Assembly (NCBI GenBank): GCA_963708185.1
Contig: OY970195.1
Location: forward strand, 96,001 to 160,000
DNA: 64,000 nucleotides
Direction: 5' to 3'
Source: Candidatus Peregrinibacteria bacterium
GTDB taxonomy: Bacteria; Patescibacteriota; Gracilibacteria; UBA1369
Positions 46,933 through 56,739 of this stretch are shown piece by piece (the stretch's first letter is position 1; each line of letters starts with the position of its first letter). The translations under genes and the position numbers were made by a program. The notes beneath the pieces are model-generated. The model did not search any database. It saw nothing but the letters and a program-made list of their open reading frames with translations, and was not told the origin of the DNA.

Positions 46933-47853
46933 TTACCATTTGCGCCTTGAAGAGATGTTGAGCACTTTCATGATCTGGCGTGGATCGGTGACTTTGACGA
47001 TGACCCCCCGTTGTCCTTCCTCGGGCTGTTCCGCGTCGTTGATCGCCACATTCTTGAGAGCGACTCTTTCCGGTGAAAATCGCAGCAGTCTTTTGATCAG
47101 ATCCTGTTGAGCTTCTCCATAGACGGCGTGAATGCCCCTGCAACCGTACCGACGTACGAGTTCCATGTCTTTGCGGTCGTTGTCGCCGATGATGACGACA
47201 TGTTTGCGGATCTGCTCACGCGTCATCTGGAGGATTTTTTCAAGATTGGTGTGAGGTTTTTCGGTTTCGATTTCCGTGATGTCGAATGATGCGTCGTAGA
47301 CGCCTTTTTGTTTTCTTTTTTCGAAGGTCGCCGGAAGGTTTTCTATTTTTGCCGACGGAAGCGCGTTGACCTTTTTAAGAAACGGTCCGAGGTGGGAGCG
47401 TTTGATGCGCATTTTTGCCTGGAACGAAGGGGCGTCGGTCAGGATGGTGTTCTTCATGTTGTTTTCGACGATGGTTTTGAAAACTTTTTGCACGCCTTTG
47501 TAAACATGGAGATTTTTCCTGCGTACCCGGGCAAACACTTTTTGAACTTTCTTGATGAGTTTATCGTGGTCGTAATCCGGAACGTTTTTGAAAAAGCCAC
47601 GGGCTTCGAGTCCCTGGATGAGCCCCTCGTCTTCGATCGTTCCTTTTAAGGTGTAGAAAGCTTTCATTGCCGCGGCGACTTCCGGCTCCGGTTTTCCGGT
47701 CTCTTCGGCAATGGTCTGCGCCATGGCTTCGTAGGCGACGACGGCGTAGCCTACCCAGTCCCAGATGGTGTTGTCACCGTCCCAGATGACATCGGTGATC
47801 TCTCCAAATCCGTCATGATGGAACTCGTCGTAATTTTGAGGCATTTCTTCCAT
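46933..47853 (-). CDS. HAD-superfamily hydrolase
   Basis: WDGDNTIWD, EKP, IGDNDRKD motifs. Confidence 0.8.
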   Translation of the reverse strand: MEEMPQNYDEFHHDGFGEITDVIWDGDNTIWDWVGYAVVAYEAMAQTIAEETGKPEPEVAAAMKAFYTLKGTIEDEGLIQGLEARGFFKNVPDYDHDKLIKKVQKVFARVRRKNLHVYKGVQKVFKTIVENNMKNTILTDAPSFQAKMRIKRSHLGPFLKKVNALPSAKIENLPATFEKRKQKGVYDASFDITEIETEKPHTNLEKILQMTREQIRKHVVIIGDNDRKDMELVRRYGCRGIHAVYGEAQQDLIKRLLRFSPERVALKNVAINDAEQPEEGQRGVIVKVTDPRQIMKVLNISSRRKW

Positions 47854-47990
47854 TCGTACTTCGAAAAGTCGTTCTTTGGTCTCTCATCCTATGCCGGGGT
47901 GTGGATGATTGCAATCTTTTTTCTTTACTGTAAGGCTTAAAAGTTTTAAAATAAACATATCTTTATCTCTATCCCTAACCCTCTCTTACT

Positions 47991-48176
47991 ATGATGGGAA
48001 ATATGGGCATGCACCGGATGTGCAAAGGCGCAATTTTGCTCGTCTTCGGTGTTCTCTTTTTACTTGGCACGACGGGTGTCTGGCCGGAATTCACGTTCTT
48101 CAAGTACTGGCCGTTGGTCCTCATCGTGTTCGGTCTTCACGACCTTCTCTGCAAATGCAGTGAAAAGTCGAAATAA
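47991..48176 (+). CDS. small membrane protein (DUF5668/LiaF-TM-like)
   Basis: GAILLVFGVLFLL...KYWPLVLIVFG. Confidence 0.7.
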   Translation: MMGNMGMHRMCKGAILLVFGVLFLLGTTGVWPEFTFFKYWPLVLIVFGLHDLLCKCSEKSK

Positions 48177-48200
48177 ATAGGTAAAAATTTTTGAAATATG

Positions 48201-48233
48201 AATCCCCGCCAAAAATCGTTGCGGGGATTTTTT
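48201..48233 (+). terminator. intrinsic terminator
   Basis: AATCCCCGC...GCGGGGATT followed by a T-run. Confidence 0.7.
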
Positions 48234-48295
48234 ATGGTTGTTTTTTATTTTGTCTCTTGACCGGTTTTAAAAAAAAGGGTCATCATGGTAGTCCT

Positions 48296-49603
48296 ATGCA
48301 AAATCTGTTCAATCAAAAAGAGGAAGGGTTGTGGTCACAGCCGTTAGCCCACCTGTTGCGTCCTAAAAATCTTGAAGAGTATTTCGGACAGGAGGAGATC
48401 GTTGGGGACGGTAAGCTGCTGCGCGAACTCATCAGTGAGGATAAGTTGCACTCGATGATTTTTTACGGTCCGCCGGGCACGGGAAAGACGACCCTTGCGA
48501 TGATCGTTGCTCAGGAAACTTCCGCGGAGTTCGAGACGATGAGTGCGGTGACCGGCGGGGTTCCGGAAGTACGCAAAGTTGTTGAACGTGCCAAGGAAAG
48601 AAAAAAAATGGACCAGCGTACGGTTTTGTTCGTGGATGAAATCCACCGGTTTAGCAAATCCCAGCAGGATGCTCTGTTACCCCACGTGGAAGACGGGACG
48701 ATCATTTTGATCGGCGCCACCACGGAAAATCCTTCATTTGAGGTTATTTCGGCTTTACTTTCGCGTTCCCAGGTTTTTGTTTTTCAGTCGCTGGATGAAG
48801 CCGCTCTGGGCAAAATTCTGGACCGGGCCATCCAAAAAGTAGCGGAGTTGGAAAAGAGAAAAAATCTGCAGATCGACGAAGAGGGAAAGAATTTTTTGAT
48901 TCAGTTCGCGAACGGAGATGCTCGCTCATTGCTCAATACGCTTGAGATCGTCGTCAAACTGGTAAAAAAAGACGACATTACTTATGTGGACATCCAGAAG
49001 GTTCTCCAAAGAAAAAATCTTCGTTACGATAAAAAAGGGGAGGAACACTACAATATTATTTCGGCGCTTCACAAGAGTATGCGTGACTCGGATCCCGACG
49101 GTGCGCTCTACTGGATGGTACGAATGCTCGAAGGCGGTGAGGACCCTCTTTATATAGCGCGCAGGCTGATCCGGTTTGCTTCCGAAGACATCGGCATGGC
49201 CGATCCCAATGCTTTACAGCAGGCTGTCGCCGTTCAGCAAGCCTGCCACTTTAACGGTATGCCTGAATGCGGAGTGAACCTGGCCCAGTGCGTGGTCTAT
49301 TTAAGCATGGCTCCAAAGAGCAATAAGCTTTATGCGGCGTACGGAGCGGTCCAGCGTGATATCCTTAAAACCGGCAATCTGGAAGTGCCTTTCCACATCC
49401 GCAACGCTCCCACCAAGCTCATGAAGGAATGGGGTTACGGCAAAAATTATGAATACGCCCACAATTTTGATGAGGGGATTACCGGGCAGGTTCATCTTCC
49501 GGACCAGCTTAAAGGAACCCATTACTATAATCCCACCGACCGCGGGATCGAAGCCCGCATCAAAGAGAAGCTGGAGAAGATCAGGCGTGAGTTCAAGCGT
49601 TAA
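48296..49603 (+). CDS. rarA: replication-associated recombination protein A
   Basis: GPPGTGKTT, VDEIHRF, GATTENPSF, SALHKSMR, ASEDIG. Confidence 0.97.
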   Translation: MQNLFNQKEEGLWSQPLAHLLRPKNLEEYFGQEEIVGDGKLLRELISEDKLHSMIFYGPPGTGKTTLAMIVAQETSAEFETMSAVTGGVPEVRKVVERAKERKKMDQRTVLFVDEIHRFSKSQQDALLPHVEDGTIILIGATTENPSFEVISALLSRSQVFVFQSLDEAALGKILDRAIQKVAELEKRKNLQIDEEGKNFLIQFANGDARSLLNTLEIVVKLVKKDDITYVDIQKVLQRKNLRYDKKGEEHYNIISALHKSMRDSDPDGALYWMVRMLEGGEDPLYIARRLIRFASEDIGMADPNALQQAVAVQQACHFNGMPECGVNLAQCVVYLSMAPKSNKLYAAYGAVQRDILKTGNLEVPFHIRNAPTKLMKEWGYGKNYEYAHNFDEGITGQVHLPDQLKGTHYYNPTDRGIEARIKEKLEKIRREFKR

Positions 49604-49630
49604 TGTTTTATCTTCGAGGATCTGTTGCTT

Positions 49631-50797
49631 ATGAAGAAAAGTTTTTCAGTTCAGAAATTCGGGAAGTTGTTGGCAGGCTGGTATGAACTGAACCGTCGCG
49701 ATCTTCCGTGGCGCAGGACGCATGATCCGTATAAGATCTGGGTTTCAGAGATCATGCTCCAACAGACGCAGGTGGAACGGGTCAAGGAGTACTATGCCCG
49801 GTTTTTGAAAAAGTTTCCGAAGGTTGAAGATCTGGCTGCGGCTTCGTGGGAAGACGTCCTGGACTCTTGGCGCGACCCGGTTTTTCCGGGTACCCCGCAA
49901 GTCATTGCTTCGCAACGCCGCGGGCTGGGCTACTACCGCCGCGCCCGCAATATGCATCAAGCCGCACAGGTGATCGTGAAAGATTTTGGCGGCAGGTTTC
50001 CGAACCGCTACGATGAATTGCAGAAACTCCCCGGTGTGGGGTCGTATACCGCCGCGGCCATTGCAGCTTTTGTTTATGATGAAAAAGTTCCGGCCCTGGA
50101 TACCAATATCTCCAGGGTTTTTGAAAGAGTCTTTGGCGATCAGTGGAAGAACTTGAAGCCTTCGGAACGTTTTGATTTTGCCCGTATATATATAGGAGTA
50201 ATGGAGTCCAGGGATTTTAACTATGGGCTCATGGATTTGGGGGCGCTCGTGTGTAGCGCCCGTCAGCCGAAATGCCAGGAGTGTTGTTTTAGGAAAGTTT
50301 GCGATTTTGCTCTTTCGGGCGGCCCGGCGTCGGATTTGGTTTTAGCGGATGGCTTTCAAGGTAGATATCGGGGCGGCAGGCTGAACGTGGCTCAGACTGG
50401 GGTAAAAGTCGCTGTCGGTGTCCTCATCCACGAAGGAAAAATTTTGATCTGTAAAAGACCCCGTGGGAAAGCGCTTGCCGGATTGTGGGAGTTCCCGGGT
50501 GGTAAACTGGAGTATGGAGAAGACGAACGAAAGTGTCTCAAACGGGAGTTCATGGAAGAGCTGGGGATTGAGGTTTCCGTTCGTCCGCATTTTTACAAGA
50601 CAACGACCGAACAAGACGATATGGAAGTCTGTTTGAGTTTTCATCGCTGCAGTCTGTTGTTGGGCAGTCCCAAAAGTCTGGAAAAACAGGAGTTCAGATG
50701 GGTCAGGGTCGATGAACTTGAAGATTTTGAATTCCCTCAGGCCAATCAGGAAATTTTGAGTGTTCTCAAGGAAAAACCGGCGATGTTTCTCGTCTAA
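49631..50797 (+). CDS. mutY: A/G-specific adenine glycosylase fused to a MutT-type Nudix domain
   Basis: RDLPWR, SEIMLQQT, GLGYY, LPGVG, C-x6-C-x2-C-x5-C; intact Nudix box GGKLEYGEDERKCLKREFMEELGI. Confidence 0.93.
   Translation: MKKSFSVQKFGKLLAGWYELNRRDLPWRRTHDPYKIWVSEIMLQQTQVERVKEYYARFLKKFPKVEDLAAASWEDVLDSWRDPVFPGTPQVIASQRRGLGYYRRARNMHQAAQVIVKDFGGRFPNRYDELQKLPGVGSYTAAAIAAFVYDEKVPALDTNISRVFERVFGDQWKNLKPSERFDFARIYIGVMESRDFNYGLMDLGALVCSARQPKCQECCFRKVCDFALSGGPASDLVLADGFQGRYRGGRLNVAQTGVKVAVGVLIHEGKILICKRPRGKALAGLWEFPGGKLEYGEDERKCLKREFMEELGIEVSVRPHFYKTTTEQDDMEVCLSFHRCSLLLGSPKSLEKQEFRWVRVDELEDFEFPQANQEILSVLKEKPAMFLV
49871..49922. repeat. 48-bp in-frame palindromic insertion in mutY
   Basis: flanked by CGCG direct repeats; hairpins ACCCGG-TTTTT-CCGGGT and TTGC-TTC-GCAA; removal restores W-R-G-L-G-Y-Y. 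Confidence 0.7.
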
Positions 50798-50941
50798 AAT
50801 TTTTTTCATTCTTTTGTTTGTAAATTTCGTTCCGGGAGTCTGGAATTTTTTTGCCAACGGTGCTATACTAATGTGATATGGATTTTACGACTTCGGCGAC
50901 AGTACTTTTTTAACAGGGGATTAAAAAACAAACACAAAAAT

Positions 50942-52141
50942 ATGAAGGTTTTAATGTACGGATGGGAATTCCCACCCAAAAACACTGGAGGTCTCGGGAC
51001 GGCATGCGAGGGCATCGTTCACGGACTCGCGAAAAACGGGGTTCAGGTGAACCTTGTTCTTCCGGATTCCGACGGGATTGAAAGCGAAGAGGCGGAGATC
51101 ATCCAGGCCGGGACTGTGGAAATGGCTCCGAACATCAAGAAGATTCTGTTCCGGACTTTTTTCCGTGCCTACGATTCCGAACAGACCTACCGAAAGCGTT
51201 TCGGCAAAAAGAATTTCATCAAGAATTATCTCAGCGGGAACCTTCTGGACGATGTTCGCGTGTATGCCGAAGAAGCCGGAGGCATTGCCGGAGAAGTGGA
51301 ACATGATGTCATTCACGCCCATGACTGGATGACCTATCCCGCGGCCATGATCGCCAAAAAGATTTCCGGGAAACCTTTCGTCGCCCACATCCACGCCACG
51401 GAATACGATCGCAGCGGAGACAATCCGCATCCCGTCATCGCTCAGATCGAAAAGCTGGGACTGCAATACGCGGATAAGGTCATCGCCGTTTCGCAGTTCA
51501 CGAAAAACAGGATCGTAGAGCATTTCGGTATCGATCCCAATAAGATTGTCGTGATCCATAATGCAGTCACCAAGAGTTTTCAGAAAATGCAAACCGCGAG
51601 GCTCAACCAGCAAGGGAAAACCGTTTTGTTTCTCGGGCGCGTTACGATGCAGAAGGGTCCTGAATATTTTCTGCACGCCGCCAAAAAAGTTTTGAGCGTC
51701 GAACCCGGTACGAAGTTCGTGATGGCGGGTGACGGGGACATGATGGGGAGAATGCTTCATCTGGCCCATGACCTCGGCATTGAACGGCATGTGCTTTTTG
51801 CGGGTTTCTTGCGCGGGCACGACGTTGACCGGATGTTCCAGTCCACGGATCTTTTTGTGATGCCTTCTGTTTCCGAACCTTTCGGCATTGCAGCGCTTGA
51901 AGCCATTCATAACGGGACCCCCGTGGTGATTTCAAAACAGTCCGGAGTTTCGGAGGTTATTCCCAATATGCTCAAAGTGGATTTCTGGGATATCGATGAA
52001 ATGGCCAACAAGATCGTGATGGCCTTGCGCCACGACGTGCTTTCGCAGGAGCTTTTGCGCATGTCCAAGCACGATCTGGAGAAACTTTCCTGGGAAAACA
52101 GTGCACGAAAAATTAAAGACCTTTACGCCTCCATAGCATGA
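50942..52141 (+). CDS. glycosyltransferase family 4 (glycogen synthase-like)
   Basis: MYGWEFPP...GGLG, HAHDWMT, MPSVSEPFGIAALEA. Confidence 0.92.
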   Translation: MKVLMYGWEFPPKNTGGLGTACEGIVHGLAKNGVQVNLVLPDSDGIESEEAEIIQAGTVEMAPNIKKILFRTFFRAYDSEQTYRKRFGKKNFIKNYLSGNLLDDVRVYAEEAGGIAGEVEHDVIHAHDWMTYPAAMIAKKISGKPFVAHIHATEYDRSGDNPHPVIAQIEKLGLQYADKVIAVSQFTKNRIVEHFGIDPNKIVVIHNAVTKSFQKMQTARLNQQGKTVLFLGRVTMQKGPEYFLHAAKKVLSVEPGTKFVMAGDGDMMGRMLHLAHDLGIERHVLFAGFLRGHDVDRMFQSTDLFVMPSVSEPFGIAALEAIHNGTPVVISKQSGVSEVIPNMLKVDFWDIDEMANKIVMALRHDVLSQELLRMSKHDLEKLSWENSARKIKDLYASIA

Positions 52142-53349
52142 AAAACCTGTGTTTTTATTTTGAAGTCCACCAGCCGTATCGTGTTTCTCGCTATTCCGTG
52201 TTCGACCTCGGAACGGGCAAGCAATATTTTGAAGGGCCGGAAAACGTCAGCAACCGAAAGGTTTTCGAAAAAGTCGCCAACAAGTGCTACCTGCCTGCCA
52301 ACCGTCTGTTTCTGGAGTTGTTGAAACAATATCCGGGAATGAAGATCAGCTACAGCATCACCGGAGTTTTTCTGGAACAGTGCCGGCAGTTCGGAGAGAT
52401 CGGTCAGGAGGTCCTGAAGTCTTTCCAGGATCTTGCTCAAACAGGGAAGGTAGAGTTTCTTGCCGAAACGTATTACCACTCGTTAGCTTCGATTTATTCG
52501 CCCAAGGAGTTCAAGCGTCAGGTCGCCAGGCATTCCAGGCTCATCCGCAAGCTTTTCGGACAGCAACCGAAAGTGTTCCGCAACACCGAGCTGATCTATA
52601 ACAACGACATTGCGCGGCTGGCGAAGGAAATGCATTTCAAGGGCGTACTGATGGAAGGCTGGGATTATGTTTTGCAGGGGCTTTCGCCAAACTACGTCTA
52701 CCGCGCTCCCGAAGAGTATGTGAAAAGCCGCACGTTCGGTCTGCTTCTGAAAAATTACCGTCTGTCCGACGATATGGCGTTCCGTTTTTCCAATAAGCAA
52801 TGGAAGGAACATCCTTTGACCGTCGACAAGTTTCTCCACTGGGTGGATCAATGTGACGGTGACAGCGTCAATTTGTTCATGGATTATGAAACCTTCGGTG
52901 AGCATCAGTGGGAAGACACGGGAATCTTTGAGTTCCTGCGTCATCTGCCCAAGGGATGCGCTGACAGGGGGATTGGTTTCAAGACGCCTTCCGAAGTCCT
53001 GGCTTCTTCCACCACACAAGGAGTTTTGGACGTGAAGTATTATCTTTCCTGGGCAGACATGGAGCGCGATCTTTCGGCGTGGCTCGGAAACGATCTTCAG
53101 CGCGCATGTCTACAGCGAGTGTTTGACCTGGAGGAGAAAGTGATGAAAACTAAGAAGAGAAAGCTCATGGATATCTGGAGAAAACTCCAGACCTCGGATC
53201 ATTTTTACTACATGTCCACGAAATACTGGAACGATGGTGACGTCCATAAATATTTTTCTCCGTTCGAGTCCCCGTACGACGCCTTCATGAGCTACATCAA
53301 CGTTCTTACCGATTTTGAACATACGCTTCAAGCCTATGCCGCAAACTGA
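52138..53349 (+). CDS. glycoside hydrolase family 57 (alpha-amylase-like)
   Basis: FEVHQP, ETYYHSL, FRNTEL, MDYETFGEHQW, LQTSDHFYY. Confidence 0.93.
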   Translation: MKNLCFYFEVHQPYRVSRYSVFDLGTGKQYFEGPENVSNRKVFEKVANKCYLPANRLFLELLKQYPGMKISYSITGVFLEQCRQFGEIGQEVLKSFQDLAQTGKVEFLAETYYHSLASIYSPKEFKRQVARHSRLIRKLFGQQPKVFRNTELIYNNDIARLAKEMHFKGVLMEGWDYVLQGLSPNYVYRAPEEYVKSRTFGLLLKNYRLSDDMAFRFSNKQWKEHPLTVDKFLHWVDQCDGDSVNLFMDYETFGEHQWEDTGIFEFLRHLPKGCADRGIGFKTPSEVLASSTTQGVLDVKYYLSWADMERDLSAWLGNDLQRACLQRVFDLEEKVMKTKKRKLMDIWRKLQTSDHFYYMSTKYWNDGDVHKYFSPFESPYDAFMSYINVLTDFEHTLQAYAAN

Positions 53350-54139
53350 AAATAAACATATTTTGGGTGTCGATCTTGGCGGGACCAAAATTCATGCGGC
53401 GCTGTATGATATGAAGGATTTTAAGGTTCTCAAGCAGCACCGCGTGTTGACCGAATCCAGAGACGGCCTGCAAAAAGTGCTGGAAAGGGTTGCGGGGGTG
53501 GTCAATGAGGTCGCCGATGAACAGACCGTTGCCGCCGGACTGTGCGTCCCGGGGTATTTCAATCCCAAAAGCGAAGTGTTGTGGCGGACGCCCAATATTC
53601 CTTTCAAAGAGCCGATGAATTTGGTGGAATTTTTTAAGACACGGGTCAAGCTTCCGATGGTTTTCGACAACGACGCGAACCTGTTCGCCTACGCTGAGTA
53701 CGAAAAGAACTGGAAAGGAAAGATCAAAGACATGATCGCCGTGGTGGTTGGAACCGGACTTGGCGGAGGTATTGTCATTGACGGAAAACTCTACCGTGGA
53801 GCGAACGGTTTTGCCGGTGAGTTCGGCCATGCCAGTTTCGGTTTTGATCACGAATTTGAAGATTTTGTTTCCGGACGGGGGGATGTTTCTCAACTGGGGA
53901 AATATCTCGGGCTTCTTTTGAGCGACGTCGTCCATGTTTTCAATCCTGAAGTGATCGTGCTCGGCGGTTCGGTGGCGACGCATACTTTTGCCGGTTTGGA
54001 AAAAGAGATCTGGGACCGTATTCGTGCCAGGAACGTTGAAGAGAGCTACAGAAATCTTAAGATCACCCTTTCCACCCTTGAACATCCGGCAACGCTCGGT
54101 GCCGCGCTTTTAGCCCTTGAATCTTACGATCATGCCTAG
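53336..54139 (+). CDS. ROK family sugar kinase (glucokinase-like)
   Basis: GVDLGGTKI, DNDAN, GTGLGGG, AGEFGH. Confidence 0.9.
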   Translation: MPQTENKHILGVDLGGTKIHAALYDMKDFKVLKQHRVLTESRDGLQKVLERVAGVVNEVADEQTVAAGLCVPGYFNPKSEVLWRTPNIPFKEPMNLVEFFKTRVKLPMVFDNDANLFAYAEYEKNWKGKIKDMIAVVVGTGLGGGIVIDGKLYRGANGFAGEFGHASFGFDHEFEDFVSGRGDVSQLGKYLGLLLSDVVHVFNPEVIVLGGSVATHTFAGLEKEIWDRIRARNVEESYRNLKITLSTLEHPATLGAALLALESYDHA

Positions 54140-56132
54140 ATCACTCGTCATCGGCAACGGCACGATCCTGGTGACTCTTGATAAGAGGGGATTGATTCAC
54201 GATTTTTATTTTCCTTACGTCGGGATGGAGGACCAGACGACGTTCGGTCATTATCACCGCGTGGGGCTTTTCGAGGAAGGAACCAAAGCGTTCACCTGGA
54301 TTACCGATCCTCACTGGAGCGCCAGCAACAGCTACGTTGGCGAAACCCTCGTGGGGCAGACGGTCTTAACTTCTGAAGAATGGAAGGTCCAGCTGACTTT
54401 CGTGGATTTCGTCCACCCGCTTGAGGACGTGGTCTGCCGGAAAGTAACCGTTAAAAATTTGATGGGACATTCGCGAAAATTCCGGTTGTTTTTCAATTTT
54501 GATTTCCATATTTACGGGGTGAAGGGGAACGATACCGTGTATTATTCCCCGAAATCGAACAACATCATTTTTTACAAGTTCAACCGTTATTTCCTCATCG
54601 ATGCCAAGAACGGCAAGAAGGGGATGGACCAGTATGCTACCGGTAAGGCCGAGTATCGCGGACTGGAAGGGACCTGGCGCGACGCTGAAGACGGTGAGCT
54701 TTCCGACCACCCGATAGAACAGGGTTCCGTGGACGCCACCTTCGGGATGCATTTTGAGGTTCCTGCGAACGGCGAACACTCCCTTTACGTCTGGATCTGC
54801 GCCGGCGAAAGTTTTAACGACGTTGAACGCGTGAATTCGAAAACAAGAAATCTGGGACTCGACGAAATGCTCGATTATACCCGCAATTACTGGAAAAGCT
54901 GGATAAACAAGCAGAATTTCGATTTTACCGGCGTGAGTCCGGACATGGTGAAACTTTTCAAGCAGAGCCTGTTGATTATCAGAACCCAGATCGACAACCA
55001 CGGGGCGATCATCGCGGCCAACGATTCGGAAATCATGAAGTTTAACAAGGATACTTACAGCTACATGTGGCCTCGTGACGCTTCACTCGTGGCACAAAGT
55101 CTGGACGCTACAGGCTACGGAGAAATAACGAAACGTTTTTTCAAGTTCTGTCAGAAGGTCCAGACCAAACAGGGGTATCTTCTCCATAAATACAATCCCG
55201 ACGGGTCGCTGGGGTCTTCCTGGCATCCGTGGCTGTACAAAGACCATTATCAGGTTCCGCTCCAGGAGGATGAGACGGCTCTTCCGTTGATCGCGTTGGC
55301 CAATCACTACAAGCACAATCATGACATTGAGTTCGCCCAGACGATTTTCGATACCTTCGTTTCCAAGGCCGCGCACTTTTTGATGGAGTATGTGGACCAG
55401 CGCAGCGGCCTTCCGTTGCCGAGTTATGATTTATGGGAGGAACAAAAAGGGATTTTCAGCTATACCTGTTCAACCGTCTATGGCGGCTTGATGGCAGCTG
55501 CCTATCTCGCCAACATTGTGGGGCACGATGAACATGCGCGGAAATATACCCTGGCTGCGGCAAGAGTGAAAAAAGCGATGCTGGCCAATTTGTATTGTAC
55601 GGACCACGATCATTTCGTGAAGAAGCTGGAAAGGAACGAAGACGGAACGTTGGTGAAGGATTGCAAGGCTGATGCGAGTGTCGCCGGGATTTTTTTGTTC
55701 GGGGTCTTGCCGGCGGATGATCCGAAGGTTGTGAATACCATGAAGTACATCAAAGAAAAACTTTCGGTCAAAACTCATATCGGAGGATTGGCGCGATACG
55801 AAAGAGACAGTTATCAGGCTGTTGAAAACTACCCTCCCGAGGTTCCCGGGAACCCCTGGATCATTACCACGCTTTGGTATGCCGAATGGCTGATGATGAT
55901 TTCCAAGAATGTTGATTCCACCGAGTTCAAGGAAGCCATGGATCTTTTGAATTGGGCCACCAAGCAGGCCGATACCACCGGCGTACTCCCCGAACAGCTC
56001 AATCCTTATACCGGTGAACATCTTTCCGTCGCGCCGTTGACCTGGAGTCATTCCACCTATGTGGACGCCATCATGCTCTACCGTCAAAAGCTGACTGATT
56101 TTGGTATATGTATCAACTGCATGATAGAATAG
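54132..56132 (+). CDS. glycoside hydrolase family 15 (glucoamylase-like)
   Basis: YSYMWPRD, QEDET, YDLWEE, LPEQ, PLTWSH. Confidence 0.92.
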   Translation: MPRSLVIGNGTILVTLDKRGLIHDFYFPYVGMEDQTTFGHYHRVGLFEEGTKAFTWITDPHWSASNSYVGETLVGQTVLTSEEWKVQLTFVDFVHPLEDVVCRKVTVKNLMGHSRKFRLFFNFDFHIYGVKGNDTVYYSPKSNNIIFYKFNRYFLIDAKNGKKGMDQYATGKAEYRGLEGTWRDAEDGELSDHPIEQGSVDATFGMHFEVPANGEHSLYVWICAGESFNDVERVNSKTRNLGLDEMLDYTRNYWKSWINKQNFDFTGVSPDMVKLFKQSLLIIRTQIDNHGAIIAANDSEIMKFNKDTYSYMWPRDASLVAQSLDATGYGEITKRFFKFCQKVQTKQGYLLHKYNPDGSLGSSWHPWLYKDHYQVPLQEDETALPLIALANHYKHNHDIEFAQTIFDTFVSKAAHFLMEYVDQRSGLPLPSYDLWEEQKGIFSYTCSTVYGGLMAAAYLANIVGHDEHARKYTLAAARVKKAMLANLYCTDHDHFVKKLERNEDGTLVKDCKADASVAGIFLFGVLPADDPKVVNTMKYIKEKLSVKTHIGGLARYERDSYQAVENYPPEVPGNPWIITTLWYAEWLMMISKNVDSTEFKEAMDLLNWATKQADTTGVLPEQLNPYTGEHLSVAPLTWSHSTYVDAIMLYRQKLTDFGICINCMIE

Positions 56133-56153
56133 TGCTGTTTTTCCGAATTTACC

Positions 56154-56615
56154 ATGAGCGGTAACCACATCGATAAAGAAGTAATTTTCACCTTCCTGGA
56201 AAATCACAGGCTGGGTACTCTTTGTACGGTTTCACGCGACGGTGGTCCGGACGGCGCGGCCGTTTACTATTTCATCGACAAAGGTTTCAACATCTTTTTC
56301 ATCACGAAAACCAATACCGAAAAATACAAGGAGATCCGTCAAAACCCTGATGTCGTCTTGGTCGTCGTCGACGAAAATACGAAGGACATTGCCAAGATCA
56401 GAGGAAAAGCTTCAGCACTTACCGATCAAAAAGTCATTACGGGCCTTTTTGAAAAACTTGCCGATAAACTCAATACCGGTGAGACGTTTGATACCGTCCT
56501 GCCGATATTAAAGCGTGAAGGCGGAAACATAAGCGCGATAAAAATAACGTGCAAATCGATTCGTATGAGCCGTTATGGCGGAGAAGATCTACAGGAAGAA
56601 ACAGTCTATTTTTAA
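56154..56615 (+). CDS. pyridoxamine 5'-phosphate oxidase family (FMN-binding split barrel)
   Basis: GTLCTVSRDGGP, TKTNTEKYKEIRQNPDV. Confidence 0.8.
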   Translation: MSGNHIDKEVIFTFLENHRLGTLCTVSRDGGPDGAAVYYFIDKGFNIFFITKTNTEKYKEIRQNPDVVLVVVDENTKDIAKIRGKASALTDQKVITGLFEKLADKLNTGETFDTVLPILKREGGNISAIKITCKSIRMSRYGGEDLQEETVYF

Positions 56616-56739
56616 ACCAGGACGGAAAAAACATAATAATTGTGCCGTCAATATTTTTTCCGGGCTGAAATTTGCTTCGAAGTATCATTGATGATACCTA
56701 TTTAGAGAAAGCAGCCTTATTCCATATTTTATAAAAAAT

